Notes under the pieces: generated by a model
What the model was told of the DNA's origin: nothing
The model's input: only the letters and a program-made list of their open reading frames with translations
Database searches by the model: none
Assembly (NCBI RefSeq): GCF_001465295.1
Contig: NZ_CP011034.1
Span: forward strand, 1,200,001 to 1,232,000
Direction: 5' to 3'
DNA from: Pseudoalteromonas translucida KMM 520
GTDB taxonomy: Bacteria > Pseudomonadota > Gammaproteobacteria > Enterobacterales > Alteromonadaceae
Length of the DNA stretch: 32,000 bases
Part shown: positions 17,338 to 25,914 of the stretch, one piece after another
Layout of the letters: every line of letters begins with the position of its first letter
How positions within the stretch are numbered: position 1 is the stretch's first letter
Position numbers and translations under genes: made by a program

Positions 17338-18753
17338 ATGTCTCAGTTACCCACTTCGTCGCAGTATGATATGCGCACTTGGCTTACCTTTTTAGTTCCT
17401 TCGCTAATTGGTTTGTTTTTATTTATGACACCAATCCCTATTGCTGACGGTATGACCATTCCCATTGCATTAATGGCTAAAGCAATTAAAGAGGGAATTA
17501 GCTCTATTATGATTGAGCTGCTTACATTCATTATTTGTGTAACGGGTGTGCTTTCGCTATTAGCTAAAGTTGTTAAGCCTAGCTTTATTAAAAAGTCTTT
17601 TATACTAAAACACTTATTTGATGTTAACTGGCTTTGGCTAGGTATTCGTTTACTGGGTATGCTGTTTATTGTTTTGACCTTTATTAGTCAAACTGGCGTA
17701 GACGTGAGCTCGGCGCTTCCTGCGTTTTTATTACCGGTATTTAATGCCATTACTTCGGCAGATACGGGCGGCTTGGTTTTAAACGATTTATTGCCTATTT
17801 TGTTTTCGGTATTTGTTTTAGCAGGTTTATTACTGCCGCTGTTATTAAATTTTGGTTTGTTAGAGCTGGTGGGCACCTTGTTTACTAAACTTATGCGCCC
17901 ATTATTTGGTGTGCCGGGGCGCAGTGCGGTTGACTGTGCGGCGTCGTGGTTAGGTGATGGTAGCGTAGGTATTTTAATGACTGCGCGTCAGTACGAAGAA
18001 AAACATTACACCGAGCGAGAAGCGGCCATAATTGGTACTACTTTTTCGGCAGTTTCGATTACCTTTAGCTTAGTGGTTATTGAACAAGTGGGCTTAGAGA
18101 GTCACTTTGCACCGTTTTATTTAACTGTGTGTTTAGCCGGTGTGGTTGCTGCGATTATTGTGCCGCGCTTACCGCCGTTACGCTTCAAAAAAGATAGCTT
18201 TATAGATGGCAGTAAACGCGATGAGCATGCTGAGTCTGTACCAAGTGGTAAAACTTTGTTTGGGCATTCTTTAGATATTGCGTTAGCTAAAGCGCATAGA
18301 TCGCCTGGGTTTAAAGGCACGCTAAAAGAAGGCTTACACAATGCATTTGATATGGTGTTTGCTGTATTACCTGTCGTAATGGCAGTCGGTACATTTGCGT
18401 TAATTATTGCCACGTACACGCCTGTTTTTCAGTATTTGGGTATGCCGTTTATTCCATTTTTAGAGTTGCTACGAATACCAGAAGCTGAGCTTGCTTCACA
18501 AACGATTATGGTTGGTTTTGCTGATATGTTTATTCCCTCAATATTAGCGGCGGGCACAATTGAGAGCGACGTAACCCGCTTTATTATTGCAGCAATGAGT
18601 GTAACGCAGCTTATTTATATGTCGGAAGTGGGCGCACTTTTACTAGGCAGTAAAATACCGGTAAACATTTTTGAATTATTTATTATTTTTATTCTTAGAA
18701 CCTTAATCACTTTACCGGTTATTGCCCTAATGGCGCACTGGTTAGTTGGTTAG
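17338..18753 (+). CDS. Polytopic inner-membrane protein, probably YjiH-family / nucleoside-recognition (Gate) domain transporter
   Basis: 471 aa with more than 10 predicted TM segments. The family call rests on remembered similarity only. Confidence 0.6.
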   Translation: MSQLPTSSQYDMRTWLTFLVPSLIGLFLFMTPIPIADGMTIPIALMAKAIKEGISSIMIELLTFIICVTGVLSLLAKVVKPSFIKKSFILKHLFDVNWLWLGIRLLGMLFIVLTFISQTGVDVSSALPAFLLPVFNAITSADTGGLVLNDLLPILFSVFVLAGLLLPLLLNFGLLELVGTLFTKLMRPLFGVPGRSAVDCAASWLGDGSVGILMTARQYEEKHYTEREAAIIGTTFSAVSITFSLVVIEQVGLESHFAPFYLTVCLAGVVAAIIVPRLPPLRFKKDSFIDGSKRDEHAESVPSGKTLFGHSLDIALAKAHRSPGFKGTLKEGLHNAFDMVFAVLPVVMAVGTFALIIATYTPVFQYLGMPFIPFLELLRIPEAELASQTIMVGFADMFIPSILAAGTIESDVTRFIIAAMSVTQLIYMSEVGALLLGSKIPVNIFELFIIFILRTLITLPVIALMAHWLVG

Positions 18754-18775
18754 TGAGTTATAAAGATTAAGCAGT

Positions 18776-18803
18776 AAAAAGCCCTGATATTCAGGGCTTT
18801 TTT
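18776..18803. terminator. Bidirectional rho-independent terminator
   Basis: A-run, stem AGCCCTGA(18780-18787)/TCAGGGCT(18791-18798), then T-run. Confidence 0.7.
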
Positions 18804-18937
18804 GTATCTGTAGGATTAGTTTTATCGGGCTTTGTTTTTTTAAAGGGTAAATTTGCCGAGTGCTTTAGCAGTGCAAGATCACCAATAATAATAGCAAATA
18901 CAATGATAACAATAACAACCATGTGCCAAGTTTGCAT
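18791..18937 (-). CDS. Candidate 48-aa single-pass membrane protein (DUF2897-like)
   Basis: Hand translation gives MQTWHMVVIVIIVFAIIIGDLALLKHSANLPFKKTKPDKTNPTDTKKP. It has a TM helix followed by a basic tail, like small DUF2897 proteins (GxLxLL+xSA pattern). The stop TGA lies inside the terminator stem. It is below the ORF-track cutoff. Confidence 0.45.
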   Translation of the reverse strand: MQTWHMVVIVIIVFAIIIGDLALLKHSANLPFKKTKPDKTNPTDTKKP

Positions 18938-19031
18938 AGCAACGTCCGTTAATTATAAGCAAAGTATAAGTGTGAGTGTTTTAGTTTAAAACAGCAATAA
19001 AGTGACTTAAAAAATGATGCTTATGCTGTAT

Positions 19032-19559
19032 TTAAAAGCGTTTTGCTACCGATAGAGTTAAAAAGTTTAGCCCGGGGTTGGGATCTTTAAAGCCCGCATT
19101 AGAGTAATGAATAATTCTTAGCGCCACATTAGTTTTGCCAAAGTCGGCAACTAAGCCAATTCTGTCTTCAAACTGATAGTGAGTGCTAATGTTTTTACCC
19201 GCAAAATAGGTTTCATCAACCAATGAAATACCAATACCCGCTTCTACATATATGGGGGTATTGTTAATGCTAAATGCTGGGAACAACAGCACAGGCGACA
19301 TGGCAAGCACAACATTAGACTGTGTTTTATCGCCATGGTTATATTGCCAAAGGTTTACACTGGTTTCGAAATAAAAGCGCGTATCGCCAAGTAAAGACTG
19401 CAACCCAGTAGGATAATATTGATGGGCTAGTTTAAAGCCATTTACGCCCCCTTCGCCCTTGAGCAGATCAATTGCGTAGCCGTGCTGTGATTGTGCGAAT
19501 GCGTGTTGACTCGTGAATAATAAAACAAATATAAATAATGATAAAAATGACGTTTTCAT
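19032..19559 (-). CDS. Lipid A 3-O-deacylase PagL-like outer-membrane acyloxyacyl hydrolase
   Basis: Signal peptide ending AFAQ, beta-barrel-like alternating pattern, a C-terminal HYSNAG...NPGLNF motif (PagL His/Ser) and a terminal aromatic residue. Confidence 0.75.
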   Translation of the reverse strand: MKTSFLSLFIFVLLFTSQHAFAQSQHGYAIDLLKGEGGVNGFKLAHQYYPTGLQSLLGDTRFYFETSVNLWQYNHGDKTQSNVVLAMSPVLLFPAFSINNTPIYVEAGIGISLVDETYFAGKNISTHYQFEDRIGLVADFGKTNVALRIIHYSNAGFKDPNPGLNFLTLSVAKRF

Positions 19560-19804
19560 AGGTGTCAGTGCTGCGCTTGAGTTAAATAGTGACTAAATAG
19601 TAAGGGCGCAACATGGGTATTTTCAATGGGACAAAAATACGCTTGTATATAGGGTGTTAACCGAGGTTGTTTAACTAGTTGAATTTATTTACTTTGTTTT
19701 ATTGGTGCTAAATGAGCATTAATAAGTTGCTTATTTAAGTCTATTTAAAGGTGTAATTATCGCGTAAATTAGCGCCATCTTAATCACACAGACAATAATT
19801 TATT

Positions 19805-20398
19805 ATGAAGTTTTTAAAACTGTTTCTCGTTGTAGCTGTATTTTTTAGCGGCTCACTTTTTGCTCAAACGCAACAATCTCCACAACAACTCCTTAAAAGC
19901 GTAGCCGATACTTTATTTGCCGATATAGCCCAAGTTAATGCTAAAGGCGATGCAAGTAAAGAAGACATGTTTAACATTGTTGAGCAGCGCTTAATGCCGC
20001 ATATTGATATAAAATTTGTAGCATTTAAATTATTAGGCAAACATATAAAAGGCATTGAGCGCGAGCAAGCAGTTAATTTTATTGGTGCAGTAGATCATTA
20101 TTTAACAGGCACTTATGCCGGCGCATTAATGAAGTACACAGGGCAAAAAGTAGTTTTTGAGCAAGATAACGCATTGAGCGACTCACAGTACGCAACGGTT
20201 AAAACCCAGATAATAGAAGCAAATGCGCCTACTATAAATTTACATTTTAAATTGCGCTTAGGGAAAGATGAACAATGGAAAGTATACGACATAGTTGCAG
20301 AAGGTATTTCATTGCTCAGCGCCAAGCAAAAAGAAATTATACAACGTATTTCTGATGTAGGTATAGAGAGCGTAATTAGCGAGTTAAAAAGCAACTAA
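19805..20398 (+). CDS. MlaC/Ttg2D-family periplasmic phospholipid-binding protein (stand-alone)
   Basis: Signal peptide plus VAFKLLGKH, YAGALMKYTG and WKVYDIVAEGISLL segments typical of the MlaC family. No mlaBDEF genes are adjacent. Confidence 0.75.
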   Translation: MKFLKLFLVVAVFFSGSLFAQTQQSPQQLLKSVADTLFADIAQVNAKGDASKEDMFNIVEQRLMPHIDIKFVAFKLLGKHIKGIEREQAVNFIGAVDHYLTGTYAGALMKYTGQKVVFEQDNALSDSQYATVKTQIIEANAPTINLHFKLRLGKDEQWKVYDIVAEGISLLSAKQKEIIQRISDVGIESVISELKSN

Positions 20399-20441
20399 TA
20401 GTACATTATGTGACCCTGATTAAGTCCAGCTCCAACCAAAT

Positions 20442-20477
20442 AAGCAGCCAACTAGTTATGTAGTTGGCTGCTTTTTT
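20442..20477 (+). terminator. Rho-independent terminator after the MlaC-like gene
   Basis: 13-bp stem AAGCAGCCAACTA/TAGTTGGCTGCTT followed by TTTT. Confidence 0.75.
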
Positions 20478-20619
20478 ATTTTATAAGTATTGCGGTACTT
20501 TGCGCTAGCGTGGCGATCAAGGTGTGCTAGAATATCGGCTCGTCGATTAAGCGTGGTGTCAGCTAAAAGCTGCTATAACTGACCACTGTCCCAAGCTACA
20601 CTGGAGTTGTGTTGTTTTA

Positions 20620-21957
20620 ATGGAAAATGTACTGATTTGGCCAAAGGAATACCCATTACTTATCAAAGGACTTGTAGAACAAAATGGTGCCTTTATTTTA
20701 GATGCTTTAGAAGCTTGGCCTGCCTGTCGTTCTACCCATGAAGATGATGGTGTATGTACCACTGTTTTACCGCCCATATTTTATTTAGCGTGGTTTACTC
20801 CGCTGGAGCCTTTTGAAGAGTGTTATTTTCAGCATATTTGCGAGTATGATGAAAGTGCACAAACGTATATAAGCGCGGTAAAAGAACATTATTTTGATAA
20901 CGAATATACCCCCGAAAGCTTAGTACTTATGCTTTGCCAACGGCTCGAAAAATACGCGAATGTATCGGCGCAAAATGAGATTGATACACCGCAGTCGTTA
21001 TTTAGTTTATTTTTTGCTAAACGCTACTTTACTCTAATTGAGCACGCGTTAAATAACCGCAGTAAATTATCGGCGGTTGACACGCTAGCTCTGTGGCAAG
21101 AAGTTGATTTTAGAGAGCGTTTAAGTGCTTATATTCCTGGTTCAATTGCCGATCTTGAGCATTTAACTGAACTGGCAAGTGAAAAAGTGGCTAAAGGCAA
21201 AGACTACTTTACTTTACTCACTCAAGTATCGCCGGATGTAGACTCTGTGGTGTTACTTGAAAAAGCTTTGCTTGCTCATTTAAATAAAAAAACCGCTAAG
21301 CAAATGATGGCCATGCGCTTTATTGAGCAAGGCGCAACCGGTACGCTTGTCGATGAGCACAATAAAACGGCCTTTATGTGGGCTGCTGAAAAAGGCTACG
21401 TTAATGTAGTTGAAACCCTGCTGAGCCAACAAGATAAAAAAGCAGTTGATGATAAGGGTAATACTGCGCTGCACTATGCTGTGCTCTCTAAAAACGAATC
21501 GCTAATGGTATTGCTGCTAAAGGCGGGGTATGACTTTAGAGTACGTAATAACGAAGGGCTTAGCTGTTATCGTTTAGCGGTGAGCATAAAAGCGAGTAAC
21601 TTAGTAAAGTGCCTTGAGCGCGACTTTGGTATTAAAGAGTTGTCGCCCGAAGGGCAGTTTGATCGCATTAAAAAAGTGCATGCGCTACATGCTCTGGTTA
21701 CTTTATTATTGCCGGTGCAATTGTTTTTCTTTTTTGATGAAACAATAACCATAAAAAGCGAGTTAACATTAACTCTGACTATGATTGCGGCAGTGTGTTT
21801 CTTTTTTGCGGCTACTTTAAAGCGCTGTGCGCTATACCCGCACATTAAACACCCGTGGGGGTTATTTGTATTAAGGGGCTTTTCTTTAGTTAGCCTAGTA
21901 GGGCAGTTAGGTTTAGCCGCTATTGTAACCCTTGCCGCATTAAGCTCTTTAGTTTAA
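20620..21957 (+). CDS. Ankyrin-repeat protein with an unknown N-terminal domain and a C-terminal triple-TM anchor
   Basis: 445 aa. Ankyrin repeats cover about residues 235-330 (KTAFMWAAEKGYVNVVETLL, GNTALHYAVLSKNESLMVLLLKAG). Three hydrophobic helices occupy the last 100 or so residues. Confidence 0.75.
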   Translation: MENVLIWPKEYPLLIKGLVEQNGAFILDALEAWPACRSTHEDDGVCTTVLPPIFYLAWFTPLEPFEECYFQHICEYDESAQTYISAVKEHYFDNEYTPESLVLMLCQRLEKYANVSAQNEIDTPQSLFSLFFAKRYFTLIEHALNNRSKLSAVDTLALWQEVDFRERLSAYIPGSIADLEHLTELASEKVAKGKDYFTLLTQVSPDVDSVVLLEKALLAHLNKKTAKQMMAMRFIEQGATGTLVDEHNKTAFMWAAEKGYVNVVETLLSQQDKKAVDDKGNTALHYAVLSKNESLMVLLLKAGYDFRVRNNEGLSCYRLAVSIKASNLVKCLERDFGIKELSPEGQFDRIKKVHALHALVTLLLPVQLFFFFDETITIKSELTLTLTMIAAVCFFFAATLKRCALYPHIKHPWGLFVLRGFSLVSLVGQLGLAAIVTLAALSSLV

Positions 21958-21971
21958 TTTTTAGCATAAAT

Positions 21972-21999
21972 AAAAAACGCGCTAATTAGCGCGTTTTTT
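21972..21999. terminator. Bidirectional rho-independent terminator
   Basis: AAAAAACGCGCTAATTAGCGCGTTTTTT: a perfect palindrome with A and T runs on either side. Confidence 0.75.
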
Positions 22000-22024
22000 G
22001 TATTTTTTGTATTTAAATTATAAT

Positions 22025-22474
22025 TTAATCTATTTTTTCGTGCTCGTGCGCTGCTTTTTCTTCGGCGAGATCGTCTTTTAATTTACGAATTTTTAAGCCA
22101 AGTTCTTGCCCGCGATGCCTAGCATAGTAGGTACAGCCAATAAACATAGCAGAGGCAAATAGCAGCTCTAACAATACCCATATTAGCTCATCTTGTGCTA
22201 CCCAAAGCAATGTAAGGCCATGAATAAAATAAAGCATAACAATAAAGTTTGCCCATGCATACGTATACGCTTTGTCTTGAATTATGCCTTTAAGAGGAAA
22301 TAATAATGGCAGTATGTACACGGCAAAAATAAAGCCATTGCTGTGGCCTTCTCTCGGTGCAAATACAAACATCCATAACGGCATTAAAATTAATAAACCG
22401 ACATAACCAAAAATCGCGGTACGTTGAAATTTAACAGTAATTGGCTTTTTAGCTGGAATTTCAGCTGTTTTCAT
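22025..22474 (-). CDS. DUF2069 family membrane protein
   Basis: 4-TM protein. The likely start is ATG at 22474, forming an ATGA overlap with the wrbA-like stop. The arsC-wrbA-DUF2069 order is recalled from Pseudomonas and other gammaproteobacteria. Confidence 0.7.
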   Translation of the reverse strand: MKTAEIPAKKPITVKFQRTAIFGYVGLLILMPLWMFVFAPREGHSNGFIFAVYILPLLFPLKGIIQDKAYTYAWANFIVMLYFIHGLTLLWVAQDELIWVLLELLFASAMFIGCTYYARHRGQELGLKIRKLKDDLAEEKAAHEHEKID

Positions 22475-23025
22475 TGAAGTTTTCTCGCAATTTGAGTGAG
22501 GCGTTTGCCAACACTTTGGCATATTTTAATTTCGTCTTTACTTAATTCAGTACTATTACTACTACCAGCAACATGTGTTGCACCATAGGGCGTACCACCG
22601 GTTTGTGTTGCTAGCAATTCGGGTACATCGTAAGGCACACCAAGTAACATCATGCCATGGTGCAGTAACGGCAGCGATAAGTTAAGTAATGTGGCTTCGT
22701 TGCCGCCATGCATACTGCTTGATGATGAAAAAACACAGGCTGGTTTGTCAATTAATTGCCCTTTTAACCATAATTCGCTGGTGGTTTCCCAAAACATTTT
22801 TGCTTGAGAGGCCATCATACCAAAGCGAGTAGGTGTGCCAAAGGCAAGGCCATCACAGTTTATTAAATCGTCTTTAGTGATAATAATGTCATGTGGGTTT
22901 TTAGCAACAAAAGTACGCAACAGAGCGCTCGCCCCTTGTTGTTCTATAGATTCGGCAATTTCATGGGCCATAGCTTCAACTGAGCCATGGCTTGAATGGT
23001 AAAGTACCACTATGGTTGTGCTCAT
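22471..23025 (-). CDS. wrbA: WrbA-like flavodoxin-fold NAD(P)H:quinone oxidoreductase
   Basis: 184 aa. IVVLYHSSHGSVEAMAHEIAE plus GLAFGTPTRFGMMASQAKMFWE parallels WrbA (YYSMYGHIETMA ... GTPTRFGNM). Confidence 0.8.
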   Translation of the reverse strand: MSTTIVVLYHSSHGSVEAMAHEIAESIEQQGASALLRTFVAKNPHDIIITKDDLINCDGLAFGTPTRFGMMASQAKMFWETTSELWLKGQLIDKPACVFSSSSSMHGGNEATLLNLSLPLLHHGMMLLGVPYDVPELLATQTGGTPYGATHVAGSSNSTELSKDEIKICQSVGKRLTQIARKLQ

Positions 23026-23372
23026 TATAAAACGCTTAATACGTTTTCTGGTGGGCGACCAACAGCAGCTTTGCCATTGTTAACCACAATAGGGCGTTCA
23101 ATTAGTTTTGGATTTTGTACCATAGCATTAATAAGTGCAGCTTCACTGGTTTCATCTTTTAAGTTTAGCGTTTTGTAAATGTCTTCTTTGGTACGCATTA
23201 ACTTGCGTGCAGATGTAAAACCCAGCTGCTTAACTAACGTAGTTAGCTGCTCGCTACTTAAAGGCGTATTTAAGTATTCAACTATACTTGGCTCAATAGC
23301 TTTGCTTTGTAATAAAGCTAAGGTTTCGCGTGATTTAGAGCAGCGCGGATTATGATAAATAGTAACAGACAT
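23025..23372 (-). CDS. ArsC-family (glutaredoxin-type arsenate reductase-like) protein, YfgD-like
   Basis: 115 aa. ITIYHNPRCSKSRETLALL ... LIERPIVV matches the ArsC/Spx family with the N-terminal Cys. It sits downstream of bepA, like E. coli yfgD. Confidence 0.85.
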   Translation of the reverse strand: MSVTIYHNPRCSKSRETLALLQSKAIEPSIVEYLNTPLSSEQLTTLVKQLGFTSARKLMRTKEDIYKTLNLKDETSEAALINAMVQNPKLIERPIVVNNGKAAVGRPPENVLSVL

Positions 23373-23425
23373 AAAATGGTTCCAATAAATGAGTTGCGGC
23401 CATTTTAGGCCAAGCGCTTGTAGAC

Positions 23426-24883
23426 TTAAAGCCTAGCAAGCTCTTTTTGTAAAAGTCGGTATTGTGTAAGTAGTGCTTTTAACCTCTGTTGTTTAACTAG
23501 CTCGTTTGGCTCAATAAAGTTAAGTGCTTTTTGTATTTCGTCGGCAGCTTTTAAATAAGCGCCGTATTGCGATAATACATCGGCATTGGCTTCGTGATAG
23601 GCGGCGAGTTTTTCTTGCTTTTTATAGGCGTCGGTTAATAGTTGCTTACCTAAGCTGTGATCTGGTTTTTCTAGTAAAAAGCTTTTTAAGATGTTTTCGG
23701 CAAGCTCGTATTGCTTTGCTTCTAGCGCTGCGTTGGCATAGTTTAGCGTAATTACCTGATTATTAGGGCGGTAATTGTTTAATTCTGCTAAATAGGTAAC
23801 GGCTTCAGCGGCCTTTTTTTGCGCAATTAATAAATCGGTATAGGTATCTATATAAAATAAATTTTTAGGGGCGCTTTTTAATAGTTCCTCTAAAATAGGC
23901 TGCGCTTCATCAAGCTTTTTTTGATCCAGTAAACTAATGCCTAAGCCATATTTTAGGGCGGCATTATTGTAGCTATTTTCGCGAATTAACTTTCTAAACA
24001 GTGATTCTGCTGCTTCTGGTTTATTGTCGTATCTTGCCAGCACGCGACTTTTTGCTAAGTTAAACTCAAGGCTCGGGTTTACTTGGCGTTTAGGGTATTG
24101 CTGCGCACGTAATCTTACATCAGACACACGACTCTCAGGAAGTGGGTGAGTAAGTAAAAACGCAGGTGGCTTATATTTATAACGAATTTGCGCAGCTAGC
24201 TTAGTTAAAAACTCACTTGATGCACGAGGATCAAAGCCCGCATTATTAAGCGTTTGCATACCAATGCGGTCGGCTTCTTGCTCTGCTGAGCGGCTATGCG
24301 TTAGTTGGCTAAAAGCTGATTGTGTTTGGCTTGCTGAAATAATAGCAATACCAGCATCGGGCACGACTACAGCGGCTAAAATACCGGCAATCATTCCGGC
24401 TATGGTCATTGCGCTGTTGTCTTGTTGTTGCTGTAAGCGCCGTGCTAAATGGCGCTGGGTAACGTGGGCAATTTCATGGCCAAGTACCGATGCAAATTGA
24501 CTTTCATCATCAGCTTGCGCAATTAATCCTGTGTGTACGCCAACATGGCCGCCATAAAATGCAAAGGCGTTTATTTCAGAGTTATTTAACCAAAAAAATG
24601 AAAACGGAAACCGCACATCATTGGCGCTAGCTACAAGCTTGCGGCCCACTGTGGTTAAGTATTCATCAAGCACAGGGTCGTTAATTATTGGCGACGAGCC
24701 TCTAATTTGCATCATCATTACTTCGCCAATCGCTTGTTCTTTTTCGAGCGGCAGCACTTGTAAGGCTGAGGTACCTAAATCTGGCAATTTAAAGTTTGTT
24801 TGCGCCTTTAAAGGCTCACTTACTAATAGGCTAAATGTAAGCGCGGCACTACATAAAGTGATAAAGGCTGATTTTAGCTGCAT
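23426..24883 (-). CDS. bepA: Beta-barrel assembly-enhancing protease BepA (M48 peptidase with TPR domain)
   Basis: HEIAHV zinc motif, a signal peptide starting at MQLKSAFITL, and a C-terminal TPR region. I place the start at 24883 (SD AGGGA 5 nt upstream) rather than the ORF-track 24925. Confidence 0.88.
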   Translation of the reverse strand: MQLKSAFITLCSAALTFSLLVSEPLKAQTNFKLPDLGTSALQVLPLEKEQAIGEVMMMQIRGSSPIINDPVLDEYLTTVGRKLVASANDVRFPFSFFWLNNSEINAFAFYGGHVGVHTGLIAQADDESQFASVLGHEIAHVTQRHLARRLQQQQDNSAMTIAGMIAGILAAVVVPDAGIAIISASQTQSAFSQLTHSRSAEQEADRIGMQTLNNAGFDPRASSEFLTKLAAQIRYKYKPPAFLLTHPLPESRVSDVRLRAQQYPKRQVNPSLEFNLAKSRVLARYDNKPEAAESLFRKLIRENSYNNAALKYGLGISLLDQKKLDEAQPILEELLKSAPKNLFYIDTYTDLLIAQKKAAEAVTYLAELNNYRPNNQVITLNYANAALEAKQYELAENILKSFLLEKPDHSLGKQLLTDAYKKQEKLAAYHEANADVLSQYGAYLKAADEIQKALNFIEPNELVKQQRLKALLTQYRLLQKELARL

Positions 24884-24884
24884 T

Positions 24885-25550
24885 TTATTCCCTGTTAATT
24901 GGTTCACCAAGAGCAATTTTGGCAATGTTTATTTCGTCACTGCATGCACGGCTGTCTTTTTCACATAATTGATAAAGCGCTTTTATTGTGACCCCATCTA
25001 GCTTTACTACGTTCAATTGTATTTGTAAAAAAGTAATAATTTTATGCACTACCTTGTGTGCGTGTAAAATAATAGCTTTATCGGCTTTGTCTCCACGTTC
25101 AAAATAAAAGCCAATAAATGTATGTAATTGATTTATTCTAATTAAGCACTTCATGGAAAGTGGATCCCATACTTTAAATTCCATAAAACGATTGTTTTTA
25201 ACGTATTGATCAATAATAACATCTTTAGCGTACGGTTGAGCCCAAAGCTCAAAACCACGATCGGTAAATACTTGATGCAGTGCAATGCGTGGCTTTTTAT
25301 TACAGTGAATTTCGCCTAGCTGGCTTTCGTAGCCGTCAAGTAGATCAAGGTTCCAATTACGTTTGTCTAAAAGGCTTTTCACCGCATTATCAAACCCATG
25401 TTCTAAAATACCTTCAGCCTCGCTGACCGATGAGGCAACAAGGTGATAAAAAGGTGGTAATTCGCCCCAATTTATTTGTTTTTTATACCAATTAATCTCT
25501 TTGAGTGTTGGATTACTGGGTAATTGCGCTTTATTATGCGTGCCAGGCAT
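24885..25550 (-). CDS. Hypothetical protein (221 aa), co-oriented and abutting bepA
   Basis: Long ORF with no family recognised. Its stop is 1 nt from the proposed bepA start. Confidence 0.6.
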   Translation of the reverse strand: MPGTHNKAQLPSNPTLKEINWYKKQINWGELPPFYHLVASSVSEAEGILEHGFDNAVKSLLDKRNWNLDLLDGYESQLGEIHCNKKPRIALHQVFTDRGFELWAQPYAKDVIIDQYVKNNRFMEFKVWDPLSMKCLIRINQLHTFIGFYFERGDKADKAIILHAHKVVHKIITFLQIQLNVVKLDGVTIKALYQLCEKDSRACSDEINIAKIALGEPINRE

Positions 25551-25695
25551 TAACCTATCCTTACTGCTAATTATGCCCTAAGGATAAACTATTGCCGAGG
25601 TTGTTTTAAGGAAAAGTTATGCATGTTCACACTTAATACATTTTAGGTGGTGACTATGGGACTTATTATTGATGTGAACTCAAGGTGAAACGAGT

Positions 25696-25914
25696 ATGCT
25701 AGAGCAAAATTTATCAGCTTATAAATGCCCACAGCAGTTTATTCAATTTAAACTTGGGCTGCGTAAAGCCGTGTCGTTACAACAAAGTATTACTTTTATT
25801 TTTAATAATGCAGAAAATATAAACGACATTGAACGATTTTTACAAAAACATGCATATTGTTATACCTTAAATAAGCGCCAAGGAATGTTATTAGTGGAGC
25901 CATTACGTGTTTGA
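25696..25914 (+). CDS. TusA-like small sulfur-carrier family protein
   Basis: 72 aa. The YKCPQQFIQFKLGLRKAV segment aligns with the TusA LRCPEPVMMVRKTV active-site region. Length and the downstream beta-alpha pattern fit the TusA fold. Confidence 0.6.
   Translation: MLEQNLSAYKCPQQFIQFKLGLRKAVSLQQSITFIFNNAENINDIERFLQKHAYCYTLNKRQGMLLVEPLRV

Noticed and set aside
17343-18419. Three 62-100-aa ORFs antisense within the YjiH-like gene. Similar nested ORFs are at 1268-1558, 2462-2647, 4484-4762, 4841-5053, 6367-6588, 9153-9389, 9646-9978, 11777-12319, 13752-13994, 19864-20394, 20559-20777, 21280-21845, 22996-23178, 23524-24968, 30012-30465 and 31674-31913.
   Set aside because: All overlap longer ORFs with clear family signatures or better coding character. 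None has a start context or motif that would justify a separate gene call.
22475-22522. N-terminal extensions of track ORFs: DUF2069 to 22522, bepA to 24925, and the flavodoxin-like ORF from 13789.
   Set aside because: Internal ATGs give better signals. These are the ATGA overlap with the upstream stop (22474), an SD plus signal peptide (24883) and an AGGA SD (13819). The extensions would overlap upstream genes or lack an SD.
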